From an uncultured Methanosarcinales archaeon (GTDB lineage: Archaea > Nanobdellota > Nanobdellia > Woesearchaeales > SM23-78), in the NCBI GenBank assembly GCA_964426715.1, contig CAYRRQ010000002.1, positions 1-46,682 on the forward strand: a stretch of DNA of 46,682 nucleotides, given 5' to 3'. The notes under the pieces were generated by a model that worked only from the letters and a program-made list of their open reading frames with translations, was not told the origin of the DNA and did no database searches. Position numbers and translations under genes: made by a program. Positions 33,091 to 41,317 of this stretch are shown piece after piece (position 1 is the stretch's first letter; the number at the start of each line of letters is the position of its first letter).

Positions 33091-34176
33091 ATGGTTAATG
33101 ACGCACTAAAAAAAATCAGGGAAACAGCAAAATACGTTTATGAAAGAATAAAAAGCAAGAAACTGCCCAGCCTGGACACGCCTATCAGGAGCCTTAACAA
33201 TGTAACCTATAATCTTAAGGACGGGTATTTTGAGCTCAACGGCAAGGTCAAGAAGAGAACCCTGACTGCCTCCACAGTAAAAGGCTTTGCCCAGACCCTG
33301 AAGATGATGGCGCTCTCCCAGGAACTAATAAAGAACGACGATATTGCCACAAAGAGAGAAGCCTATTATGTGAGTAAGAACTGGGATGAGGCCAGATTCA
33401 CCGCCCAGAGCGACTCAGACACAGTAATGGATGACGTGGAAGCCATGATAGGTGTGAACAGGGAGAGGCTTGGATTCATACCCGAAGAAAAAGGAGGGGA
33501 TATAGCAGGAGACCTGGTAGTAATAGACAAGGACCCGTCCACGGGCAAGCAGATAAGGGTTGACTGCAAAAAGTTCGGCTCAGGCGCTTACAGTGTTCCT
33601 AGTAGCGTGGAACACCTCGGATTTGAGACCAGGGCTAAGTTCATACTCGCCATAGAAACCGCGGGTATGTTCCAGAGGCTGGTAAAGCACAATTACTGGA
33701 AAAAAGCCAACTGCATACTGGTAAGCATGGGAGGGGTGCCCACCAGGGCCTGCAGGAGGTTTATCAGGAGGCTGAGCGACGAGAAGGAACTGCCAGTGTA
33801 TGTATTCACAGACGGCGACCCCTACGGCTACCTCAATATCTACAGGACTTTTAAAGTTGGCAGCGGCAACGCAGCGCACATAAACGAGTTCTTCTGCGTG
33901 CCCCAGGCAAAATTCATAGGCATAACACCGCAGGACATAGAGGAGTACAAGCTCCCAACCCACCCCCTTAAAGAAGTAGATATAAAAAGGCTGAAAGATG
34001 GCCTGAAAAATGACCCTTTTATCAAGCACCACAAGACATGGCAGAAAGCGCTTAAAAAAATGCACCAGATGAGAGTAAGAGCAGAGCAACAGGCACTTGC
34101 AAAGCACGGACTTAACTTTGTAATTAGCAACTACCTGCCTGACAAGATAAAGAATTCTAAGACCTGGCTTGACTAA
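33091..34176 (+). CDS. top6A: DNA topoisomerase VI subunit A (Spo11-type)
   Basis: Contains 'TKREAYYVSKNW' (catalytic Tyr region) and Toprim 'ILAIETAGMF' and 'VYVFTDGDPYG'. The start is set at the ATG at 33091, because the tracked Lys-rich extension overlaps the top6B tail. Confidence 0.95.
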   Translation: MVNDALKKIRETAKYVYERIKSKKLPSLDTPIRSLNNVTYNLKDGYFELNGKVKKRTLTASTVKGFAQTLKMMALSQELIKNDDIATKREAYYVSKNWDEARFTAQSDSDTVMDDVEAMIGVNRERLGFIPEEKGGDIAGDLVVIDKDPSTGKQIRVDCKKFGSGAYSVPSSVEHLGFETRAKFILAIETAGMFQRLVKHNYWKKANCILVSMGGVPTRACRRFIRRLSDEKELPVYVFTDGDPYGYLNIYRTFKVGSGNAAHINEFFCVPQAKFIGITPQDIEEYKLPTHPLKEVDIKRLKDGLKNDPFIKHHKTWQKALKKMHQMRVRAEQQALAKHGLNFVISNYLPDKIKNSKTWLD

Positions 34177-34221
34177 TCTGTATTAATCTGTTGAATAGGC
34201 AAAGCCTTTTTTGGCGGTAGC

Positions 34222-34394
34222 GTTGAAAATCTCCTACTTCGCTGACTTTAACCCTAAACCAGAGTTATAGGAACAAAGTCAGCTATGTCTGGCCTTGCCA
34301 TCATTAACTACGTTAACAAGGGGCAAACAAAAATAAGATTTTTGGATGTTCCTGATGGGAACAAAACAATGGCACAGATAGAGACATTCTCAAC
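34222..34394 (+). repeat. Structured intergenic repeat, family F, copy 5, bracketed by 11-bp direct repeats
   Basis: Arms GTTGAAAAT / ATTCTCAAC. Core CTCCTACTTCGC. Hairpin GCTGACTTT (34241-34249) / AAAGTCAGC (34275-34283). Block TGTCTGGCCTTGCCAT. 3' core AATGGCACAGAT. GCCTTTTTTGG occurs at 34204-34214 and again at 34398-34408. Confidence 0.75.
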
Positions 34395-34448
34395 GGTGCC
34401 TTTTTTGGGCAAAACATTTAAATAATGTTCACTCTAATAATCATAGTT

Positions 34449-35042
34449 ATGGGAATGGCAAAGCTGAGGCCTGGGGATGAGCGTGATATCCTGGCTACCA
34501 GGTACGAGATAAATGTGAGAGAGACTTTTCACCTGAAAAATCTTTACAAGCTGGTTCATGAATGGTTGGGAGACGAGGAATTCGTATCTGTTGATACAGG
34601 TGATGACAAGGTAGAGTACTTGTACATTGACAAGATGCTCCCTGCTGGGAATAAGGAGCACAGAATTTGGTGGCGCGCAATCCAGGTGCCCAGGGGCAAC
34701 AGGTATTACAGGTACTTCTTAAAGATTGACTGGCAGACCCTTAATGTTAAGACTGTTGAGATAATGCATAAGGGCCAGAAGTTCAAGACCAACAAGGGAG
34801 AAGTAACTATTTGGATTGAGGCTTGGCTGCAACTGGACTATAGGAATGAGTGGGCGGACCATCCCTTTCTAAAACATTTTGACAGGTGGTTCAGGGAGAG
34901 GTTTTACCTGGAGAAAATCAAGTCTTACAGGGACGACTTGTACAGGACCGCGTTCAGGCTAAACCAGACCATCAAGCAATACCTTGAGCTAAAGATGCCT
35001 GTTGATTGGGGCAAGCCCTTCCATCCAAAGAAAGGAGTTTGA
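34449..35042 (+). CDS. Hypothetical protein (no recognisable family)
   Basis: Clean ORF. The start is ambiguous (ATGs at 34425, 34449, 34455). A TATA-like ACATTTAAATA at ~34414-34424 favours 34449 or 34455. W/R/Y-rich: 'HRIWWRAIQVPRGNRYYRYFLKIDW'. Confidence 0.55.
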   Translation: MGMAKLRPGDERDILATRYEINVRETFHLKNLYKLVHEWLGDEEFVSVDTGDDKVEYLYIDKMLPAGNKEHRIWWRAIQVPRGNRYYRYFLKIDWQTLNVKTVEIMHKGQKFKTNKGEVTIWIEAWLQLDYRNEWADHPFLKHFDRWFRERFYLEKIKSYRDDLYRTAFRLNQTIKQYLELKMPVDWGKPFHPKKGV

Positions 35043-35765
35043 TTATAATATCAGTGACTTAATATATCTTATTTCTTTTTTAACAAGTTTTATGTTTTTT
35101 ATTTTTACATCTTCTTCTATGATTACAGGCACTTCAAGTTCTTTTATTGGCTGGATAGACTTTATGAACATGGGAGAAACCTGTTGCAGAGGAAGATGGT
35201 CTTTTCTTCTATAAGTTCCGCTTAGGTGTATCTGGGTTATTCTGTTCTTAAATGCCTTAATCAGTTTTTCTGTTTCAAACATTGACCAGAAGTAGGCGTG
35301 AGCAACATCCAGGCAAAGACCGAGTTTAGGATATCTTTTGAATATAGCATGCAGCTTCCTTATAGTAACCTGTCTTTTTTTAGGAAGGTTCTCAGTTGAG
35401 AAGTTCATATTATACTTGTCAAGCACCTCTTTTGGAGGGAGGTCAAGAGGATGAATGATAATCATTTTGGCTCTTATCTGCTTATATATTTTTTCAATGC
35501 AATCCAGCTGTTTAATGACTTCTTCCTGGTTATCAGCTTCTCTTAACAACCTAAAAGGAGCATGAATACTGACATAATCCAGGTTTCTGAGCCATTTTAC
35601 TTGCGAAGCGCTTATTTTTGTGTTGTAGAGCTCTTCTTTTTTCCCTAAGGTTAATTCTATACCAGGGAAACCCAGTTTTTTTGCATAATTTATCAGTTCA
35701 GCCCTGTTTTTTCCTTCTGACCACCGCCATATAGTGCCTGTTGCAAAGCATAAGGTTCTTTTCAT
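35043..35765 (-). CDS. Xylose-isomerase-like TIM-barrel protein (sugar phosphate isomerase/epimerase family)
   Basis: Contains 'VSIHAPF', 'MIIIHP', 'LGLCLDVAHAY' and 'ITQIHLSG'. The start is set at 'MKRTLCFATG', because the tracked extension runs into the IS end. Confidence 0.7.
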   Translation of the reverse strand: MKRTLCFATGTIWRWSEGKNRAELINYAKKLGFPGIELTLGKKEELYNTKISASQVKWLRNLDYVSIHAPFRLLREADNQEEVIKQLDCIEKIYKQIRAKMIIIHPLDLPPKEVLDKYNMNFSTENLPKKRQVTIRKLHAIFKRYPKLGLCLDVAHAYFWSMFETEKLIKAFKNRITQIHLSGTYRRKDHLPLQQVSPMFIKSIQPIKELEVPVIIEEDVKIKNIKLVKKEIRYIKSLIL

Positions 35766-35824
35766 AAAAAATGATTTGGGCAGCAAGATTATAAATGTTT
35801 CTAGTTTTTTTATAATGTATTCGT

Positions 35825-36780
35825 TCATGACATATGTCACTAGTGGCTTTTTGTGTTCAAAAAAGCTTTTTAAAGGAGTGATATATGTCTGCGGGAGTCT
35901 TGTTTTCTAGGCTGCTGTGTGGTCTGAAGTGGTTGTATCTCATTCTGAAAAACTCTAGGTCATAATTGCAGAATTCTAGTTCTTCGTCCATTGTCTTGAA
36001 CAATCGTTCAACTTTCCCATTAGTGGTTGGGCTATGAATTTTTGTCCTGATATGTTTTATACCTCTTCGTTTGCACCATTTGTCAAACTTGCTTCTGGTA
36101 CTGTTCAACCCATAAGCGCTGCCATTATCAGTTAATATTTGAGATGGCTTGCCAAACTTCTTGATGAGATCATCAAGCAAATGTGTGACGATGATAGTCG
36201 TTACACTGTTTAGCTTTATCAAAGCTAAACTGTACTTGCTAGCATCATCCAATACTGATAAGGTGTAGCAGTCAAATAATTCTTGTTCATCAGTGTGATC
36301 TATCTGCCATAAACTGTTAGGATGCTCACGTTGCCAACGAACCCATTTCTTGCGCTTGCCTTTATTCTTTGTCTCCCGACAAAGATTATTTCTCCTCAAT
36401 ATCCTTTTAATAGACATCTTGGATATGTTAAGATGTCTAAGATGAGGATGAAGCTTGTCCTCGCCCCACCCAGTCTTCTTTCGAAGACCAATAACTTCCT
36501 GCTCAATAGCAGGAGTTATCTTGTAATGAATTGTATGAGGCCTACGAGAGTTATCAAGCAAATTCCAAGTTCCTTCATCTAAGCGTTTAACCCAACGCTT
36601 AAGAGTACGAACATCGACTTCATAATCATATAACGATTTAAGTAATCGACGACAAACAGCGTAAGAATGACCCTCAAACTTTAACTTAAAAAATTCTTTA
36701 CGAATCTCATGCTTCTTCATAGACACCACCAATATTCAGCAAAAAAGCTGAATATTTAAGGGTGGTGACATATGTCATGA
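35825..36780 (-). mobile_element. Insertion sequence (~956 bp) with perfect 16-bp terminal inverted repeats, single DDE/rve transposase (IS481/IS3-like)
   Basis: The left end is TCATGACATATGTCAC (35825-35840) and the right end is GTGACATATGTCATGA (36765-36780). A subterminal hairpin AATATTCAGC-A6-GCTGAATATT lies at 36731-36756. Confidence 0.8.
35857..36720 (-). CDS. DDE (rve/integrase-core) transposase with N-terminal HTH
   Basis: Candidate DDE triad in 'LWQIDHTDE', 'ILTDNGSAY' and 'TNGKVERLFKTMDEE'. The ATG at 36720 is preceded by GGTGGTG. Confidence 0.85.
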   Translation of the reverse strand: MKKHEIRKEFFKLKFEGHSYAVCRRLLKSLYDYEVDVRTLKRWVKRLDEGTWNLLDNSRRPHTIHYKITPAIEQEVIGLRKKTGWGEDKLHPHLRHLNISKMSIKRILRRNNLCRETKNKGKRKKWVRWQREHPNSLWQIDHTDEQELFDCYTLSVLDDASKYSLALIKLNSVTTIIVTHLLDDLIKKFGKPSQILTDNGSAYGLNSTRSKFDKWCKRRGIKHIRTKIHSPTTNGKVERLFKTMDEELEFCNYDLEFFRMRYNHFRPHSSLENKTPADIYHSFKKLF

Positions 36781-36840
36781 CCCAGCACACTAGTTTTTTT
36801 ATAACAAACTATTTAAACTCTTTTTTCTCTTAATCCTATT

Positions 36841-37827
36841 ATGCCTTATGATGTTATAACCTTGGGAAGCAACACAGTGGACGTGTTTGCTCATACTGAC
36901 CAGTCTGGTGTTATTGACATCCGCTCTGGTTCTGGCTCAGAGGAGTTCATATCCTACCCGGTTGGTACCAAGATGCTGATAACAAAGCTGATGCATAATA
37001 TCGGGGGTAACGGCGCTAACTCTGCAGTTGCTTTTTCCAGGCTCGGACTAAGAACTGCTTATCTTGGCAAGATAGGAAAGGACCATAATGGAAGGCTCAT
37101 AATGAATGCCCTGAAAAAAGGCAAGATAGACTTTATTGGCAGCCGCGGCGAGGAATCAGGCTTTTCAATAATCCTAGATTCCATGGAAGATGACAGGACC
37201 ATACTCACTTATAAGGGGTGCAATAATGACTTGTCCTATAAAGAGGTGCATGTGTCCGGGCTTAAGACCAGGTGGTTTTATGTTTCGTCTATGTTGGGCA
37301 AGAGCCTGCACACCATGCAGAAGATAGTTGAGTATGCCAGGAAGAACAAAATAAAGGTGGCTTTTAATCCTTCAGCTACATTGCTTGAGAACGAGACAAA
37401 AGCTGCTTTCAACCTCTTAAGATACACGGGCTTACTCGTGCTTAACAAGGAAGAGGCAGAGAGCCTCATAGGAAAAAAAGGAGCTGATGCCAATGCCAGG
37501 AAGCTGAGGGTTTATGGTCCGCAAACAGTGGTGATTACTGACGGCAAGAGAGGAGCATTAGCTCTTCACAAGGACTATTATTACAAGGTGCCTGTCAGCA
37601 GGGACATAAAGGTTGTGGAGACCACTGGCGCAGGAGACGCTTTTGCCAGCACCCTGACCGCAGGAATGATTCTTAAGAAGCCTTTTGAGTACTGCCTGAG
37701 AATGGCTATTAACAACGCAGAGTCAGTCATAAGTCATCACGGAGCACAGAACCTCTTGCTGAGCAGGAAGAAACTCTTTGACTTGGTAAGCAGGGACAAG
37801 AGGAAGATTGAGAAGAGAAAAGCCTGA
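36841..37827 (+). CDS. PfkB-family carbohydrate kinase (ribokinase-like)
   Basis: Motifs 'NIGGNGANSAVAFSRLG' and 'VETTGAGDAFAS'. Confidence 0.85.
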   Translation: MPYDVITLGSNTVDVFAHTDQSGVIDIRSGSGSEEFISYPVGTKMLITKLMHNIGGNGANSAVAFSRLGLRTAYLGKIGKDHNGRLIMNALKKGKIDFIGSRGEESGFSIILDSMEDDRTILTYKGCNNDLSYKEVHVSGLKTRWFYVSSMLGKSLHTMQKIVEYARKNKIKVAFNPSATLLENETKAAFNLLRYTGLLVLNKEEAESLIGKKGADANARKLRVYGPQTVVITDGKRGALALHKDYYYKVPVSRDIKVVETTGAGDAFASTLTAGMILKKPFEYCLRMAINNAESVISHHGAQNLLLSRKKLFDLVSRDKRKIEKRKA

Positions 37828-37849
37828 GTGCAGGGTTTTCTAGGGATTT

Positions 37850-38046
37850 GAAAATCTCCTACTCCGCCAAAGTTTTAAAAAAAATTACAAGCAAAAAAGT
37901 TAAGGAGGACATTCACTTTTTTCAATCTTTCGAACTACGTATAACTAAAGTAATTTTTTAGCTTTATGTTGTACTGACGTGCTTTTATTCAATTTTTTAA
38001 GTGAGCAAAGCGAACGAGCAAAAAAGTGGCACAGACGAAGATTTTC
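37850..38046 (+). repeat. Structured intergenic repeat, family F, copy 6
   Basis: Arms GAAAATCT (37850-37857) / AGATTTTC (38039-38046). Core CCTACTCCGCC. 3' core GTGGCACAGAC (38026-38036). It contains an inverted GAGCAAAGC motif. Confidence 0.7.
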
Positions 38047-38105
38047 TACGAAGAATTTAAATATTAGGAGATACTATGAAAGATTAAGGAATATCAGGTG
38101 GCAAT

Positions 38106-39641
38106 TTGAAGTACATAATAACCCTTAACAAGGTAAAGGAGTCAGACCTCGAAGCAGTTGGTTTCAGGGCAGTTGACCTTGCTCTGGTCAGGCAACGCTT
38201 TAATGTTCTCTTGACCTTTGTTATTAACAACCAGGCATTTGAGGACTTTATGAACGAAAACAATCTCGGGCTTAAGGCCGGGAAAATCCTGGATAAAAAG
38301 GATAAAAAGGATAAATGTCAGGACCCTGAAAAAGCATACAAGGAAATCCTTGAATTGTTCAACAAGGCAGGTCTTCCTGCAAAGCTGGAAGAGGAGTTGT
38401 TCGAGGCTTACGAGTCCCTGGCAGTGGACCCGGGCATAAGCGCGAGCAGTCTGGTCTCAGAGATTAATTATCCCTTTATAACCCTAATAAGAAGCCCCTC
38501 TTACATATTGGGTGATAATGACGACGAGGGAATACTTCAGAATATCAGGGGCAAGGAAGACTTTATTGCAGGCCTGAAAAGGGTGTGGGCATCCTTTTTT
38601 TCTGCGCGTTCAGTTGCTTACAGGGACAAGCACAGCATAAATTCTTTTGGCGCCGGCGTAATGGTTCAGAAGATGAAAAAGTCAGAGCAGTCAGCAACCG
38701 CTATTTATGATACTGAGGCTGACAGGATAATTATTGAGAGTTTCTTGGGCTTGCACGATTTTGGTATTGAAAAGATTCTTGGAAAAGACTTCCACGAGGT
38801 TAACCCGGATGACTTGTCAATTACTAAGTCAGATATCAAGACCCAGGAGTACGCGTTGCTGAGAGACCCTGAAACTTATAAACTTGAGAAAGAGGAATTA
38901 GGGGAACAGGGTAAGAGGCAGAAGATTGATGACAAGCAGGTTTATGAAGCAGCCCGGATTACCAAGAGAATCAGAAGTTTCTTGGGGAAAAACATCAAGT
39001 TGTACCTGGGTATTCGAAGGGCTTATACCTATGTGCTTATTGTTAACCAGAGAAGTGCAGAGAAGCAGGTAATATTTAAGGATCCCGAGGAGGCTAAGGT
39101 AGACGAGAGCACTGAAAAGGTTTTGGAGTACGCCCACGGGGTGAGTTCTGGCAGTAGTGAACAAGAAGAACCAAACCTGTCAGAGCCGGTCCAGGCAGAA
39201 GAAGATAAAGTCAAAGCTGTAGAGATGCCTGAGATACTTTCAGATGAAGAAGCGCGGGCAGAGGTTAAGAGCGAGCAAAACCTTGAGGATGTGGATGAAG
39301 ATGAGGCTGAGCGGCTTGACGGCAGGGATGACCAGGAAGTGGATGAGCAGTTAAAACAAGACCTGGAATTCCTTGAAGAAATAGAAGATCAGGAAAAACC
39401 AGGCCTAGGCGAAGCAGATAAGGAGAGCACCGCTGAGAAGAGCGCAACTGAGGAAAGCGCTGTTCATGAGGACATCATCCCGGGTGAGGTTGAAAGAGAG
39501 GTTAACCTTTTGCAGGAAGTGCTTGGCATCAAGGAACTGGTTGAGAAGATGGAGGAGCATGCCCTGAACAACAACAAGGAGGCTTATCTGCACGAGAACA
39601 AGAAGCTCAGGGAAATGCTTGATGATATCAGGCACGAATAA
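38106..39641 (+). CDS. PEP/pyruvate-binding (PPDK_N, ATP-grasp) domain protein with long acidic coiled-coil C-terminus; no phosphohistidine or PEP-utiliser domains
   Basis: Contains 'VGFRAVDLA', 'VWASFFSARSVAYRDKH' and 'GVMVQKM'. The TTG start is preceded by AGGTGG. The C-terminal ~170 aa are E/D-rich. Confidence 0.7.
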   Translation: MKYIITLNKVKESDLEAVGFRAVDLALVRQRFNVLLTFVINNQAFEDFMNENNLGLKAGKILDKKDKKDKCQDPEKAYKEILELFNKAGLPAKLEEELFEAYESLAVDPGISASSLVSEINYPFITLIRSPSYILGDNDDEGILQNIRGKEDFIAGLKRVWASFFSARSVAYRDKHSINSFGAGVMVQKMKKSEQSATAIYDTEADRIIIESFLGLHDFGIEKILGKDFHEVNPDDLSITKSDIKTQEYALLRDPETYKLEKEELGEQGKRQKIDDKQVYEAARITKRIRSFLGKNIKLYLGIRRAYTYVLIVNQRSAEKQVIFKDPEEAKVDESTEKVLEYAHGVSSGSSEQEEPNLSEPVQAEEDKVKAVEMPEILSDEEARAEVKSEQNLEDVDEDEAERLDGRDDQEVDEQLKQDLEFLEEIEDQEKPGLGEADKESTAEKSATEESAVHEDIIPGEVEREVNLLQEVLGIKELVEKMEEHALNNNKEAYLHENKKLREMLDDIRHE

Positions 39642-39691
39642 TCCGTAATTTCTAAACCTTTAAAAAAAGGCTTTGTTTTCCTGCTATTATA

Positions 39692-40636
39692 ATGGTGGCA
39701 AGACGAGCTGAGAAAAAAGCCAGGAAATGCGGGAAATGCGTTAAGTGTAGCAGGGCAGTGTACTGCTCAGATATGTGCAGGAATCATTTCACGGACTATT
39801 TTGAGAAGAAGGTTAAGAAGACTGTTAAGAAGTTTGGTATGTTCTCTAAGAAGCATAAGGTCGGGGTTGGTGCCAGCGGAGGCAAGGATTCGACCACCCT
39901 GCTCTTTGTGCTTAAAAGGCTTGGCTACAAGGTCGAGGCAATAACTGCGAATTCAGGAATACCCCTCTATTCAGACAAGAACCTCAGGAACCTGAGAAGC
40001 ATGTGCGATAAATACGGGATTAGGCTTACCACGCTGTTTTTCAGGGATGAATTTGGCGGTTCTCTGAGCAAAATTATGTCTGCTCTGAGCAAAAAAGGCC
40101 TGAACTACTCGCACTGCTTTGTGTGCGGCGTACTAAGGCGTTACGTACTGAATAAATATGCCAAGAAGCAAGGGTTTGATTGCTTGGCCACGGGCCACAA
40201 CCTTGATGACGAAGCCCAGAGTTTTGTCATGAATGTTTTTAGGAACGACCTGACTCTTGCCAAGAGGCAGGGCCCTGTCAGCGGCGAGTCTGAGAGCAAA
40301 CTCTTTGTCAAAAGAGTAAAACCCTTATACTTTTGCTCTGAAAAAGAGATAACTGCTTATTCAAAGCTCATGAAACTCCCTGTGAATTTCAAGCCCTGCC
40401 CTCACAGAAGAAACTCTTACCGCAGGGAATACGCTGACATGCTTGACAGGTTTGAAAAGAAGTACCCGCCGACAAAACACAACATTATCAGATTCTTTTT
40501 AAGAACAATCCACAAGATGAAAGATAAAGATATTGATAAAGAGGTTGTGATTAGCACGTGTGAGAAATGCGGCGAGCCCTGCGCTGACAAACTATGCAAG
40601 AAGTGCCAGATACTGGGCGCTCTGAAGAGTAAATGA
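39692..40636 (+). CDS. PP-loop ATPase, tRNA 2-thiolation protein (TtuA/NcsA-like) with N- and C-terminal Cys clusters
   Basis: PP-loop 'GASGGKDSTT', plus 'CGKCVKCSRAVYCSDMC', 'TGHNLDDEAQS' and 'CEKCGEPCADKLCKKC'. Confidence 0.8.
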   Translation: MVARRAEKKARKCGKCVKCSRAVYCSDMCRNHFTDYFEKKVKKTVKKFGMFSKKHKVGVGASGGKDSTTLLFVLKRLGYKVEAITANSGIPLYSDKNLRNLRSMCDKYGIRLTTLFFRDEFGGSLSKIMSALSKKGLNYSHCFVCGVLRRYVLNKYAKKQGFDCLATGHNLDDEAQSFVMNVFRNDLTLAKRQGPVSGESESKLFVKRVKPLYFCSEKEITAYSKLMKLPVNFKPCPHRRNSYRREYADMLDRFEKKYPPTKHNIIRFFLRTIHKMKDKDIDKEVVISTCEKCGEPCADKLCKKCQILGALKSK

Positions 40637-40725
40637 CCAAGATAAACCTTGGAAAAACAGGATAAATAAAAAAAAATAAATATAAGAAGATCAAAGTATA
40701 GCTTATCTTTCCCTTAATCTTAATT

Positions 40726-40944
40726 GTGCTTAGTATTTTAATATTAGGTTATTCTATTTTTCTCTGTAGAAGATTGGTTCTGTCATTTTCAATAGATGTT
40801 CAGAGAAAAGCAGCTCATATCCTGCTTTCATTAATAATTATTTTCTTTATAGGAGATATAATTTACCTTGCTTTTAGTTTTAATTATTTGTTCAGTAACT
40901 TTTTAGTCAGTATTCTATTCTTTTTTTTTCAGCTTTTTTTATAA
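40726..40944 (+). CDS. Hypothetical small membrane protein
   Basis: GTG start, two hydrophobic helices, very AT-rich. Weak coding evidence. Confidence 0.3.
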   Translation: MLSILILGYSIFLCRRLVLSFSIDVQRKAAHILLSLIIIFFIGDIIYLAFSFNYLFSNFLVSILFFFFQLFL

Positions 40945-41222
40945 TGCTGATACTGCAGGTTAATCTCAGTCTTATCCGCACTCTTGTTCTTAAGAACAGG
41001 GATTTAAAAAAATTTAATGATAAACTAATTAAGGCGACCCGGTCTTTATCTTCAAGTAAAAGCCGGTTAAAACACATAAAGAAGCTTATTGAGCAGAAAA
41101 ATAAGGACTTGGAGGATGCTTTGGAAGATTTCTATGCTTTAAGAGTTGATTATGCAAAAAATCAAAGAGTAAAAGTATCGATGAAGAGAACAAAAGCATT
41201 AGGAAAAAGTTTGATGCTTTGA
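40944..41222 (+). CDS. Hypothetical coiled-coil protein
   Basis: TAATG overlap with the upstream ORF. K-rich heptad-like sequence. Confidence 0.35.
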   Translation: MLILQVNLSLIRTLVLKNRDLKKFNDKLIKATRSLSSSKSRLKHIKKLIEQKNKDLEDALEDFYALRVDYAKNQRVKVSMKRTKALGKSLML

Positions 41223-41317
41223 AAACAAAGGAAAAATAGAATCTGATTCCTTATTTTTCTTTGCATTATTGAAAATTAATCAAAAGATTTAAATAAAAAA
41301 AGATTATAGATATTCTT

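Noticed and set aside
26668-38046. Family-F repeats as integron attC sites, CRISPR repeats, or C/D or H/ACA sRNAs
   Set aside because: There is no RYYYAAC/GTTRRRY core, no integrase, and the flanking genes are core genes. The copies are not regularly spaced short repeats with spacers. There are no RUGAUGA/CUGA boxes and no ACA-terminated pocket hairpins.
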